A stretch of 64,000 nucleotides of DNA from positions 1,164,127 through 1,228,126 of the forward strand of contig CAWBAT010000005.1 in assembly GCA_963786955.1 (NCBI GenBank), in the 5' to 3' direction. Below are positions 1 to 9,512 of this stretch, one piece after another (position 1 is the first letter of the stretch; each line of letters begins with the position of its first letter). Under the pieces are notes generated by a model that worked only from the letters and a program-made list of their open reading frames with translations, did no database searches and had not been told where the DNA came from. The translations under genes and the position numbers were made by a program. The stretch comes from an uncultured Acidimicrobiia bacterium (lineage in GTDB: Bacteria > Acidobacteriota > Terriglobia > Versatilivoradales > Versatilivoraceae).

Positions 1-3
1 CAG

Positions 4-549
4 TTGACCATCTTACGAATGGTTTTCATTCCAATCTTCGTTATTTTGCTGGTTTATGACTATTACGGATGGGCATTTGCAATTTACATTCTTGCAGGGG
101 TGACTGATGGCTTAGACGGTTTAATGGCGCGCTGGCTCAAACAGAAAACATCTTTGGGGGCCTACCTGGATCCGATTGCCGACAAGCTTCTCCTCACGAC
201 CTCGTTTGTAGTCCTTTCAATTAAAGGGATGGGCTTACCCAACTTGATCCCTCTCTGGCTTACTATCATTGTCATCAGTCGTGACGTGATCCTTGTGGCC
301 AGTGTCCTGATCATTGTCATTAGTACGGGTCACCGATCATTTCCCCCGTCAATTTATGGGAAGGCGACCACGTGCTTGCAAATTCTGACAATCTTGGGAG
401 TGCTTTATTTCAATTATCAAAGAACCATCTGGATTGGTATGAATGGGCTGTATCTGGCGACCGCGGCCATCACTGTTTTCTCGGGATTGGATTATGTCTA
501 CCGTGGTAAGAAGAAATTGGTGTCTGAAAGTTTTCAAGTGCACCATTGA
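4..549 (+). CDS. pgsA: CDP-diacylglycerol--glycerol-3-phosphate 3-phosphatidyltransferase (CDP-alcohol phosphatidyltransferase family); may lack a few N-terminal codons at the window edge
   Basis: Multi-pass hydrophobic protein with the CDP-alcohol phosphatidyltransferase signature DG(x)2AR(x)8G(x)3D(x)3D (DGLDGLMARWLKQKTSLGAYLDPIADK). Length of 181 aa is typical of PgsA. Confidence 0.8.
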   Translation: MTILRMVFIPIFVILLVYDYYGWAFAIYILAGVTDGLDGLMARWLKQKTSLGAYLDPIADKLLLTTSFVVLSIKGMGLPNLIPLWLTIIVISRDVILVASVLIIVISTGHRSFPPSIYGKATTCLQILTILGVLYFNYQRTIWIGMNGLYLATAAITVFSGLDYVYRGKKKLVSESFQVHH

Positions 550-558
550 GAAAGCCCG

Positions 559-1920
559 ATGAATCCTGAATCCCCCAACAAATTGGACCCACAGACAGCC
601 GGAGTTTTGATCCATGGAGTCGATGCGGACTCGATCGCAGAGGAAGTCGGGTTGGCTGCTGGAGATCGGCTTCTGGCCATCAATGACCGCTTGATCGAGG
701 ACGTTTTGGATTATCGCTACATTGCCTCGACGGTCGAATCTGAGCTGACCTTGAGAATCATGAAGGCCTTTGGAGAAGTTTGGGAAATCGAAATCGAGAA
801 GGATGAAGATGAAGACCTGGGCCTCGAACTCGAGGGAATACAGACCAGGATTTGCAAGAACAATTGCATTTTCTGTTTTGTTCACCAGCTCCCCCGAGGA
901 AAGCACATTCGCCGGACTCTTCGGGTGAAAGATGAGGACTTTCGACTCTCCTTTCTGTTTGGACATTATCTGACCCTGACCAATCTTTCGGAGGAGGACT
1001 TTCAGAGAATTTTCGAACAACGGCTTTCGCCTTTGTATGTCTCTGTGCATGCCACGGATCCCGCGCTGCGAAAATACCTATTGCAGTCCCAAATACCCGA
1101 CGACCTGCTGGGGAATATGCGTCGCTTAGTGGATGGCGGAATCCAGCTTCACACCCAGGTCGTCCTCATTCCGGGAATTAATGATGGGATGAATTTGGAG
1201 CGTTCACTTCATGATCTACGCCAATTTTACCCGTCCGTCATGAGTGTCTCGATTGTCCCTGTCGGATTGACCGACCATCGAAAGGGGCTCCCTCAGCTAA
1301 GGTCTGTCGATGGGGCCTACGCGACCGAAGCCATTGCCCATGTCGAGCAGATTCAGCAGAAGAATAGAAGCGAAATGGGAGTCCCCTTTTGTTTCCTGGG
1401 GGATGAGTTTTACATCAAGGCGGGACATCCGATCCCCCCCCGCTCCCATTATGGGGATTTTCCACTCGTCGAAAATGGTGTCGGGATGATTCGAAACTTC
1501 CTCGACGAATTTGCGGAAACGATGTCTCTCGATTGGACCCGACCTCGGGGTTTGCCAGTCCGCGCAACGGTCGTCACAGGAGTCCTCTTCTACCCGACTC
1601 TCAAGGAATGCGTCGATCGGATGAACACCAAATTCCAAATCGACCTGCGCTGCCTGCCGGTGGAGAATCGTTTCCTCGGCAAAGGGATCACAGTTGCCGG
1701 GCTGCTTAGCGGGAGTGATATCTATGCTTCAGTTCAGAATCAAATGTATGGAGACTTCCTGATTCTCCCGTCCGAATGTATGACTGGGGATAAAGGGCTA
1801 TTCCTGGATGACTGGGTTCAAACTGACCTGGAAACTCGCCTCCAGAAACCGGCCCTAGGGGGGGGTGATCACGTGGCTGATTTTTTCAAATTGATCTTCT
1901 CCGACAGGCAGACCCACTAA
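559..1920 (+). CDS. PDZ-domain radical SAM protein of the DUF512/TIGR03279 family (function unknown)
   Basis: N-terminal PDZ-like segment (GVLIHGVDADSIAEEVGLAAGDRLLAIND). CX3CX2C radical-SAM cluster motif (CKNNCIFC) followed by a DUF512-like C-terminus. Confidence 0.75.
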   Translation: MNPESPNKLDPQTAGVLIHGVDADSIAEEVGLAAGDRLLAINDRLIEDVLDYRYIASTVESELTLRIMKAFGEVWEIEIEKDEDEDLGLELEGIQTRICKNNCIFCFVHQLPRGKHIRRTLRVKDEDFRLSFLFGHYLTLTNLSEEDFQRIFEQRLSPLYVSVHATDPALRKYLLQSQIPDDLLGNMRRLVDGGIQLHTQVVLIPGINDGMNLERSLHDLRQFYPSVMSVSIVPVGLTDHRKGLPQLRSVDGAYATEAIAHVEQIQQKNRSEMGVPFCFLGDEFYIKAGHPIPPRSHYGDFPLVENGVGMIRNFLDEFAETMSLDWTRPRGLPVRATVVTGVLFYPTLKECVDRMNTKFQIDLRCLPVENRFLGKGITVAGLLSGSDIYASVQNQMYGDFLILPSECMTGDKGLFLDDWVQTDLETRLQKPALGGGDHVADFFKLIFSDRQTH

Positions 1921-1937
1921 CGTCGCTTCCTTACCAA

Positions 1938-2735
1938 TTACTCAATCCTCTCTAATTCAAACTCCTCCCGGCCACTGACTTTCAAAACGATGGCTGCTGA
2001 TCCGCAATGGACAGAGATTTCCAAATAACCCGAGCTCCCGAAGATCGTGAAGGGCGTTCTTGTTTCGGCTTCCGCATAGGAACTCAAATGCTGTCGAATC
2101 TCGTGCCCGGCAATGCGAAGCACAAACCTGCCCACCGGTTCCGGGAAGTCTTTTGTCGTTAGGTTCGTGATGAGGTTGCCGAACTTGTCTATCCGCAGAA
2201 TCGTACCCAGGACATGCTGGCCCATTCGTTTCGGCAGGGGTAATTTCAGGGTCAATAAATCTTGGATTCGGGGCCCGAATTCGGAGGGAGGTGTTCCTTG
2301 GGAGAGCCATCCAGCAACGGGCGCGAAGATGTCCCTTCCGTGAAAAGTGCGACTCAGTTGCTTCAGAAAGAAACGGTCTTGAATCAAATGATAGATCCGC
2401 ACGTCTTTTTCCTGTTCCAAAGCCGGAGAGAGGAGGCCATTATCGGGTCCGACGAAAAAATAATCCTCTGTCTGAACTAGTAAAGGTCGACGTGAACTTC
2501 CTACCCCGGGATCGACCACCCCAACATGGATGGTGCCTTTGGGAAAAAAGCGAAAACTGGAACTGAGAGCGAGAGCACCGGCGAGAATATCTTGTGAAGC
2601 GATTCCGTGAGTGATGTCAACAATTTGGCAATCCCGGTGAATGTTGAGAATAACCCCCTTCATAATGCCGACGTAGGGATCCTCTAGGCCATAGTCCGTG
2701 GTCAATGTAATCAATGGAATCCCAACGTTCTGCAC
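1938..2735 (-). CDS. SAM hydroxide adenosyltransferase family protein (DUF62; fluorinase/chlorinase-like SAM hydrolase)
   Basis: N-terminus LITLTTDYGLEDPYVGIMKGVIL and overall 265 aa length match the DUF62 family. Confidence 0.75.
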   Translation of the reverse strand: MQNVGIPLITLTTDYGLEDPYVGIMKGVILNIHRDCQIVDITHGIASQDILAGALALSSSFRFFPKGTIHVGVVDPGVGSSRRPLLVQTEDYFFVGPDNGLLSPALEQEKDVRIYHLIQDRFFLKQLSRTFHGRDIFAPVAGWLSQGTPPSEFGPRIQDLLTLKLPLPKRMGQHVLGTILRIDKFGNLITNLTTKDFPEPVGRFVLRIAGHEIRQHLSSYAEAETRTPFTIFGSSGYLEISVHCGSAAIVLKVSGREEFELERIE

Positions 2736-2805
2736 GAACCCACTCCCCGCACAACCGCCAGCATGAAGTTACTTCATGAGCCGGCATCAATCTATAGGAC
2801 TTCTG

Positions 2806-3792
2806 CTATCTTGTATCATTTGCCAACGAAAGGATTTTTTTTAGTTCCCCCTCATTGACTTTCAAAAGATCAATCCTGGTCAGCCGAGTTGTCAGCTCCA
2901 CCCAATTTCGGTCCGCCTCAAAAACTGTTCTGAAGATAGGGAGCGATTCAGCAAGATGTCCTGAATTCGCTAAGCCGATTGCGTGCCAGTATTTCATCTC
3001 GATATTTTCAGGATTCAGGGCCTCAGCCGCGCTGTATTCGCGGAGTGCTCCCGCAAGATCACTTTTTTCTACAGCCAGGTCACCGGAGTTCATGTGCTCA
3101 TAAGCCTGATGAATTCTCACCAGGCGCCGCAGTTCCTTAAGGGGTTCGGGGTGATCTTCGACCCGTAAATCTATTTTTCTGTCAAGCCACGGCTTGCCAC
3201 TCGATTTGCCGCTGACAACCAGGATTGCTGCGGACTGTTTTCCTCGAATATCCCCTCCAACTGCTTGTGCAGCTTCTAGCGCAGCTAGCATTCGATCTGA
3301 CAATTCACCTTGTGCCTGGCGATAGGCAGATGCCATGGCGGGCCAGATCTTGTCGTTTAACATAAGGTTTGCTTGCACGGAAAATTGCACTCCGCTTTCA
3401 TGGCCGGCTGCGGGGATACATCGGGATCCAGTGTGGACAGCGACAGTACCCAGGGCGTCGATCATTGCGACTTGGCGAACAGCACGACCGGAATCTACGG
3501 CCAGTAATGCTTCCAGCGCTTGCCTGGCTGTCTTGCCTCCACGCATCAGTTCCAAGCCCAGAAGGCCATAGGATTGATCGACAAAGGACTGTGTGGCAAC
3601 GGCTCCTACTCCGGCTTCTGCCCAGGGCACAAGGGATCCGACGGAAAACCAATGGGATTGGACGGCAACGCCAAGATCACCATTTATCGGGTTTCTGGCA
3701 ACAATGGAATAGGTATGTATGGGCCGGGTCTCGGCAAAGGCGCTAACGAAAGCCAGCAGCCAGCCGACCGTGAACAATGATTTGCGAAGCAT
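2806..3792 (-). CDS. Secreted DUF1028 (Ntn-hydrolase-like) protein with C-terminal TPR-like region
   Basis: Signal peptide MLRKSLFTVGWLLAFVSAFA. DUF1028-type N-terminus (TYSIVARNPINGDLGVAVQSHWFSVGS). An ATG with AGAGGAG Shine-Dalgarno is chosen over the upstream TTG at 3837. Confidence 0.65.
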   Translation of the reverse strand: MLRKSLFTVGWLLAFVSAFAETRPIHTYSIVARNPINGDLGVAVQSHWFSVGSLVPWAEAGVGAVATQSFVDQSYGLLGLELMRGGKTARQALEALLAVDSGRAVRQVAMIDALGTVAVHTGSRCIPAAGHESGVQFSVQANLMLNDKIWPAMASAYRQAQGELSDRMLAALEAAQAVGGDIRGKQSAAILVVSGKSSGKPWLDRKIDLRVEDHPEPLKELRRLVRIHQAYEHMNSGDLAVEKSDLAGALREYSAAEALNPENIEMKYWHAIGLANSGHLAESLPIFRTVFEADRNWVELTTRLTRIDLLKVNEGELKKILSLANDTR

Positions 3793-3890
3793 AGAGACTC
3801 CTCTTGCGGCGGCTCTGGTAATTCTAGTCTTCTTCAAGGGCGGATAATATTTGTGATCAAACTGATGAATTCAAGAACTATGCAGAAACC

Positions 3891-5543
3891 TTACCCCAAG
3901 TTCCCTTTTTTTAACTCTTCGGCCAAATAATCGGTGGCTCGCCAGGCCAAAGCCAAAATCGTCAGTGTGGGATTTTTTTCGGTAGCTGCGGGAAAGGCAC
4001 TTCCATCGACAACGAATAAGTTCTTCACATCGTGCATCTGGCAGAATCCATTGAGTGCCGATTGCTTGGGATCACTTCCCATGCGGCAAGTACCATGCTC
4101 GTGAATAGCCTTCCCTGGCTGATCCACAGTTCCTCGCTTGTAACCGATTAATTCTGCTTTGGCTGAATGCATCACCTGTTCGGCCGTGTCGTACATTTCT
4201 TCCAACATCTTTCGCTCATTGTCGCCAATCGAAAACACGATCTTGGGGAGCGGAACTCCATATGCATCGACGGGCGTCCCTTCCACGGTGATGTGGTTAT
4301 CGGCGCGGGGCAAGACTTCTCCGTAGGGGTGCATTGCGATCCAGGCCGGATAGCGCCGCTTGATCTCTTTCTTGAAGTCTGAACCAAAGCCCGGCAGCTC
4401 CGTTGCATAATGGCTGGCCCCAGGCTGACAACCAATCCCCCAGAATTGGGCGCCAAAACCGCGCAGATAGTCTCTGGGTTTGCCGCGATGGTTGAACCGC
4501 GGCATATAGAGATGCTCTCCTCCGATCCCGTCATCGTTGCTCGACGGAAAACCATAGAGGTCAGGAAGGAAACCGTGAACATGAAACCGTACCTGCTCGC
4601 AAAGGTATTTCCCGATAACTTCTGAGCTGTTTCCGATTCCGTTCGGATATTGACGGGATTTGGAATTTAAGAGGATTCGCGTGGAGTCGATGCACGACGC
4701 CCCCAGTACGACAACTTTGCCTTGTGCCCGGAATTCCTCTTTGGTATGGCGGTCAAAATACTGTACAGAACCGGCCCGGCCCCTTTCATTGGGAAGGATT
4801 CTTGCAACGACAGCGTTGGTTTGCAGGGTGAGATTTCCAGTCTCGAGGGCGTAGGGGATCAAATGATCAGCAGAACAAAAGAAGGAGGCTGTATCACAAC
4901 CCTTCCCACAGGCCCCACAATAGTGGCATGGTGGAAACCCACGATGGGGCTGGGTCAGCACTGCCCGTCGACCCGAAACCATCGGGATTCCGAGTTGATG
5001 AGCCGATCGCTTCAGGAGGAATTCTCCACAACGCATTCGCGGAGGAGGCATGTGGTAGCGGCTCCCAGGGAGGACATCGGAATCATCATTACCACCGCAC
5101 ACTCCGATGAGCTGATCAACCTTGTCATAGTAAGGTGCAATATCTTTATAGGAAATGGGCCAGGGAATTTCCCAGCCGTCGCGTTCGGCAGCCTGAAAGT
5201 CCAGGTCCCCATATCGGAGAGACACTCTCCCCCAGATGTTTGTTTTCCCTCCGAGTCCCCAGACTCGAGTTAAGTCAAACGGCTTACCCGGAGGCGTAAA
5301 ATAAGGTTGCTCTTGACGGCTCAAGAGGAAGTCGGGAGGATGCAGGCCGCGCTTCTCACGTTCACGGGCCTCATCCGGCCAAACATGCGTCCAGTATCCC
5401 TCACGCTTGAAACGCTCACCCGCGTCCAGCATCAGGACTTTGGCACCTTGGCGCGTCAAATTCCAGGCGGCTATCCCGCCAGAGGCGCCGGAACCGATGA
5501 CTACAACGTCATACATGACCTGGTTGGGAACTAAATCTTGCAT
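3891..5543 (-). CDS. GMC-family FAD-dependent oxidoreductase
   Basis: N-terminal Rossmann FAD motif [13 protein letters not shown]. 550 aa GMC architecture with conserved C-terminal HxxGTCRMG block (HEHGTCRMG). Confidence 0.85.
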   Translation of the reverse strand: MQDLVPNQVMYDVVVIGSGASGGIAAWNLTRQGAKVLMLDAGERFKREGYWTHVWPDEAREREKRGLHPPDFLLSRQEQPYFTPPGKPFDLTRVWGLGGKTNIWGRVSLRYGDLDFQAAERDGWEIPWPISYKDIAPYYDKVDQLIGVCGGNDDSDVLPGSRYHMPPPRMRCGEFLLKRSAHQLGIPMVSGRRAVLTQPHRGFPPCHYCGACGKGCDTASFFCSADHLIPYALETGNLTLQTNAVVARILPNERGRAGSVQYFDRHTKEEFRAQGKVVVLGASCIDSTRILLNSKSRQYPNGIGNSSEVIGKYLCEQVRFHVHGFLPDLYGFPSSNDDGIGGEHLYMPRFNHRGKPRDYLRGFGAQFWGIGCQPGASHYATELPGFGSDFKKEIKRRYPAWIAMHPYGEVLPRADNHITVEGTPVDAYGVPLPKIVFSIGDNERKMLEEMYDTAEQVMHSAKAELIGYKRGTVDQPGKAIHEHGTCRMGSDPKQSALNGFCQMHDVKNLFVVDGSAFPAATEKNPTLTILALAWRATDYLAEELKKGNLG

Positions 5544-6049
5544 GGGGATCTAAGTTAATATATAGAGACTGACACAATCTACAATCAGAAAAGAAACCTA
5601 CAAAGTGCGAACAATTCTAAGCTGTTGGAAAGGGAAGAACAAGCGGAAGTGAATGTGGTTTGAAAGATCGTGGCTGGCGCACTCGTGTGTTTTTTGCATG
5701 ACTGCGAAGAGTACACTGGTTGAAATTTTAAAGGCTTAAAGTTGATCCAGCTGGAAATTCTATCTTCTAAAAGTTAGGTGGTAATTTTGCTATGGACCCT
5801 CTGCCCTCCTATTGCGCCTTCCCGCAGACATGCACAAAACACATGGGTGCAACACTGGCCGTTTTCCATATTATGTTAAGGTATAATGTTTGATATTGGC
5901 ATCGGGCAAAACTGCCCGAAAACTCATGTTATCAGGGGAATCCTTCCTGTTAATCAATGGTTGGGCCATCCGAGTACTCTCGGGCTGAAGCCGAGCATAG
6001 CCGTAGGTTTCAATTGCCGCTGGCTTGCTCCTCGGTTACCATCGAAGGC

Positions 6050-6361
6050 ATGACGTTGATCCAAGCAATTCGCGCAAAGGTTTTATCGGGTGCTTTTGAA
6101 TTCTCGCAACACGCAGTTGACCAGACCATCCTACGACATATTAGCGTTCACGAGATCCGAGAAGCTATCAACGTGGGACAGGTGATCGAGGATTACCCGA
6201 ACGACAAGTATGGTCCCAGTTGCCTGATCTTGGGATTCACCCAGGCAGGACGGCCGATTCATGTCCAGTGCAGTTATGCCTCTCGCCTGTTGGTGAAAGT
6301 CATCACGACCTACCAACCCGATCCGAATGAGTGGGTCGAATACAAACAACGGAGAAAATAA
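6050..6361 (+). CDS. DUF4258-family toxin-like protein (putative toxin of a TA-like module)
   Basis: About 104 aa from an internal ATG. DUF4258-like core (FSQHAVDQTILRHISVHEIREAINVGQVIEDYPNDKYGPSCLILGF). A partner gene begins 1 nt after its stop. Confidence 0.6.
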   Translation: MTLIQAIRAKVLSGAFEFSQHAVDQTILRHISVHEIREAINVGQVIEDYPNDKYGPSCLILGFTQAGRPIHVQCSYASRLLVKVITTYQPDPNEWVEYKQRRK

Positions 6362-6362
6362 C

Positions 6363-6599
6363 ATGCCTGTTGATACGTCGGAAGAGACTTTTGTAGAACA
6401 GAAAGTAACCTACACCCTGGAAGTGCAAGGGCGTTTTATTATCATTGAGCATGTGCCCGCGCGCGTTTCGCTTCGCACAAGTGAACGATTCTTTTCTCCC
6501 GAGACGGTGGAGTGTCTCCAGAGGATTGTTTGGGAGCAAGGACCGCCCAGCCGTGTTATTGAAACCCCGGTGTTTGAGTATCCAGGCGTCATGGCCTAA
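6363..6599 (+). CDS. MqsA/YgiT-type zinc-ribbon-like antitoxin candidate (Cys ligands lost, no HTH domain)
   Basis: Pattern TYTLEVQGRFIIIEHVPARVSLRTSERFFSPETVECLQRI matches the YgiT-type zinc finger (T.Y..G....IE.VPA..C..CGE.F...ET...L..I). The CxxC pairs are replaced by Ser/Thr. The gene is tightly coupled to the upstream one. Confidence 0.5.
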   Translation: MPVDTSEETFVEQKVTYTLEVQGRFIIIEHVPARVSLRTSERFFSPETVECLQRIVWEQGPPSRVIETPVFEYPGVMA

Positions 6600-6674
6600 C
6601 CACGGCATCACCCGACGCAAAACCGCGGCGGCGGGTGATGCCTCAGTCGTTCCGCCACAGAGGAGAGGATACTT

Positions 6675-7241
6675 TTGTTGGCAATTGTGAGTGACAACCT
6701 TGTCGTTGCCCAGCCGATCTCCGGCGGTTTTAGCTGGACACTCGCCTCGCGCATTTGCCAGATGATCACCAAGGCTGAGGCCCAGTTTGGCGCTCGGGAC
6801 CGGTCGTTCACCGTGTTGGGGGTTGAGTTCAGGAATGGAGTTCCGCAAGTTTGGTTCCCCGGTAACTGCGGACATGTCGTAGTCCAACTCGGTCTATCTG
6901 CGATGCAAGACCCGAACCGAGCGTTGTTTCAACTCGCTCACGAGTGTGTGCATCTTCTGGATCCCGCACCAGGAGCGACCAATAATCTCGAAGAAGGCGT
7001 CGCCACCCATTTTTCACTTGAGTTTATGCAAGCCGAACTTGGGTTAACTTATTCGACAGGCGACGCGAAGTATGACAGCGCGTGCAGTCTTGTGCGGTTG
7101 CTGATTTCGACGAAGAGTGATTCCGTCAGAGAACTTCGACGTTTACACGGCCCTCTACGTGGCATTACGACTCAACAGATTTCAGGGATTTGCCCAAGTT
7201 TGAACGCAGGAACTGCCAGCCAGCTAGCGAACCCCTTTTAG
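6675..7241 (+). CDS. HExxH zinc-metallopeptidase-like protein (ImmA/IrrE, COG2856-like)
   Basis: TTG start 6 nt after an AGGAGAGGA Shine-Dalgarno. The motif AHECVHLL resembles the HEXXH-LL of ImmA/IrrE-type peptidases. 188 aa. Confidence 0.45.
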   Translation: MLAIVSDNLVVAQPISGGFSWTLASRICQMITKAEAQFGARDRSFTVLGVEFRNGVPQVWFPGNCGHVVVQLGLSAMQDPNRALFQLAHECVHLLDPAPGATNNLEEGVATHFSLEFMQAELGLTYSTGDAKYDSACSLVRLLISTKSDSVRELRRLHGPLRGITTQQISGICPSLNAGTASQLANPF

Positions 7242-7359
7242 CGATGCCGGCCGAGCGAGGCGCTGCACCTGAACGGGGCCGCTATACTGGTTTCGCGCGA
7301 CATCAAGTTCTTGCTGCGGCCCCGGGAGCTTGGTCGTTAGAAAGATAAAAAAAGATCGT

Positions 7360-8085
7360 ATGGATAAAGAACACATCCTTTCTGAAATCAGACGTACGAC
7401 CGAGGAAAACAGAAACAGTCCACTAGGTATCGCCAGGTTTGAGAAGGAAACTGGAATAAAAGTGTGGGATTGGAGAGGAAAGTATTGGACTAGATGGGCT
7501 GATGCACTTGCAGAAGCTGGGTACAGCAACCCTAATGAGATGCAAACCGCTTACCCGGATGAATTCTTAATTGAGAAGCTCATAGAGCTAATCCAGGAAC
7601 TTGGTCACTTCCCTACAACAACCGAGCGCAGACTCAAGGGTCATCAAGACAAGAACTTCCCAACTCATAACACATTTTCAAGATTCGGGGGCAAAGCAGA
7701 CTTGATAGAGGCTGTTCTGAAGTATTGCGATACTCATGACAAAGATGCTGAAATCGTTGCAGCCTGCAAGGTAGCCGCTTCCACCGGAAAACTTCAGCTA
7801 CGAGATAGAGCAGGACCAGAACCAATCGAATTAGGTTTTGTTTATCTGATGAAATCAGGCAAATATTTCAAGATAGGCCGAACCAATTGCGCGGAAAGAC
7901 GCGAATTTGAGCTCCGAATCCTGCTACCTGAGAAACTTGAATTGGTTCATAAGATTAAAACTGATGATCCTTGTGGAATTGAAAAATATTGGCACGATCG
8001 CTTTAAAGACAGCCGCAAAAGTGGAGAGTGGTTTGACCTTTCGCCCAGTGACGTCAAAGCCTTCAAGCGACGGAAGACGATGTAG
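7360..8085 (+). CDS. T5orf172 (GIY-YIG-like) domain nuclease with two N-terminal homing-endonuclease-associated repeats
   Basis: C-terminus GFVYLMKSGKYFKIGRTNCAERREFELRIL...KYWHDRFKDSRKSGEWFDL fits T5orf172. Two N-terminal repeats end in the F(G)xW..AL.EAG motif. The gene is markedly more AT-rich than its surroundings. Confidence 0.65.
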   Translation: MDKEHILSEIRRTTEENRNSPLGIARFEKETGIKVWDWRGKYWTRWADALAEAGYSNPNEMQTAYPDEFLIEKLIELIQELGHFPTTTERRLKGHQDKNFPTHNTFSRFGGKADLIEAVLKYCDTHDKDAEIVAACKVAASTGKLQLRDRAGPEPIELGFVYLMKSGKYFKIGRTNCAERREFELRILLPEKLELVHKIKTDDPCGIEKYWHDRFKDSRKSGEWFDLSPSDVKAFKRRKTM

Positions 8086-8276
8086 AACTGCCTAACGCCA
8101 TAGGCTGCACACTACGTCCACCGACCCCTTGTCCTCCATCATTTAAGGGCTGCCCCCTCCCCCCCCGGCCCTCTTGCAAAATTGGGACTTTCAAGGGATC
8201 ATGTGCTTCCTTAGATAGAAATAGAAACAGATAGAAACATGGCCCACATTATTCCGGGCGGGAAGGAATTCACCGA

Positions 8277-9302
8277 ATGAGTGGAAGGAAAACCCTGGGA
8301 GTTGTCTTGTTCCAACTTGGAGGTCCGGATTCTCTGGACTCCATTGAACCTTTTCTTCTCAATCTATTTCGAGATCCCGACATCATTGATTTCCCCTTTG
8401 CCAAGATTGCCCGCGAACCGTTGGCGAGGTTAATCTCGTCCTCCCGAGCAAAAAGAGTGAGGAATCATTATGCCAAGATCGGTGGCAAGTCTCCGATCCT
8501 GGAATTTACGAAATTGCAGGCACGAGCCCTAGAGGCGGAACTGCAGACGGTTTGCGATGCAAAGGTGCATATTGCGATGCGATACTGGCACCCTCTTACG
8601 AAAGAGGCGGTTCGTTCTGTGGAGCAACAGTTGCCGGAGGAAGTTGTATTGTTACCCCTTTATCCACAGTATTCCAAGACGACCACGGGCAGTAGCTTAA
8701 ACGAATGGGAACGTCAGACCCAAGTTTCTCCTATTGGCCGGATCCCGACTCGAACGGTTCGTGAATTTTACTCCTACCCGGGCTACCTCAGAGCCATTAC
8801 GAGCAGGATCAATGAAAGCTTGACCCGCTTTCCGCTTACGGAAGAAGTCCATTTTGTTTTTAGTGCTCACAGTCTTCCAGTCAGCGTGATCGAAGGCGGA
8901 GATCCTTATCGGGACCAGATCGAAAAGACCGTAGATCTGGTTCTGGAATGCGGCGGGTGGAGCTTTTCCCACACACTTTGTTATCAAAGCAAGGTGGGGG
9001 CGAGCAAATGGCTGCAGCCCTCCTTGCACGACACCATTCATCAGCTTGGGATGAAAAAGGTCAGAAATGTTTTGGTCATACCGATTGCCTTTGTCTCCGA
9101 TCATGTCGAGACTCTTAGTGAAATCGAACATGAAGCCCGGGAAGAGGCGGCTCATCACGGAATCCTGCAATTTGAAATGATGCGAGGACTCAATGATTCT
9201 CCTGAGTTTATTCAGGCTCTTGCCAAACTCGTGCTCAGCGAGTCAATGGATGCAAGTGCAAGAGATTTGGATCGAAAGGCGGTCAGGAGTTTTACCGGCT
9301 GA
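8277..9302 (+). CDS. hemH: Ferrochelatase
   Basis: N-terminus GVVLFQLGGPDSLDSIEPFLLNLF and 341 aa length match ferrochelatase. GGAAGGA Shine-Dalgarno 10 nt upstream. Confidence 0.9.
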   Translation: MSGRKTLGVVLFQLGGPDSLDSIEPFLLNLFRDPDIIDFPFAKIAREPLARLISSSRAKRVRNHYAKIGGKSPILEFTKLQARALEAELQTVCDAKVHIAMRYWHPLTKEAVRSVEQQLPEEVVLLPLYPQYSKTTTGSSLNEWERQTQVSPIGRIPTRTVREFYSYPGYLRAITSRINESLTRFPLTEEVHFVFSAHSLPVSVIEGGDPYRDQIEKTVDLVLECGGWSFSHTLCYQSKVGASKWLQPSLHDTIHQLGMKKVRNVLVIPIAFVSDHVETLSEIEHEAREEAAHHGILQFEMMRGLNDSPEFIQALAKLVLSESMDASARDLDRKAVRSFTG

Positions 9303-9415
9303 GTTACAGACACGGGCAGTTTAGGGCTAAAAGAAAACCATATTCCTTCGACAACAGTACGCACTTTCCCTCTAATTGCTCAGGTTATTGCCTCAAAGCC
9401 TGGGGGCAATTGCAC

Positions 9416-9444
9416 CTTGACGTTCTGAATTCTGAATGATAGAT
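9416..9444 (+). promoter_or_regulatory. Candidate sigma70-type promoter for the act-cox operon, with a direct repeat in the spacer
   Basis: TTGACG, a 17-nt spacer and TAGATT about 70 nt upstream of actA. The spacer contains the tandem repeat TTCTGAATTCTGAA. Confidence 0.3.
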
Positions 9445-9512
9445 TCACGCCTCAACTTTAGTAGGCTCCGGTGAGTCAGCCCTTATTTATGAGCCGGATA
9501 GAATAGTCTCAC

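Noticed and set aside
349-1050. 233-aa minus-strand ORF
   Set aside because: Completely overlaps pgsA and the radical-SAM gene in antisense. A typical high-GC shadow frame.
6303-6887. 194-aa ORF on the minus strand
   Set aside because: Antisense to the tightly coupled DUF4258/Zn-ribbon pair and the start of the HExxH gene. No RBS or family resemblance, so treated as a spurious shadow ORF.
8215-8245. AGATAGAAA-T-AGAAACAGATAGAAACA short direct repeats upstream of hemH
   Set aside because: Only two to three imperfect ~9-bp units with no spacers of CRISPR size. At most a minor regulatory repeat.
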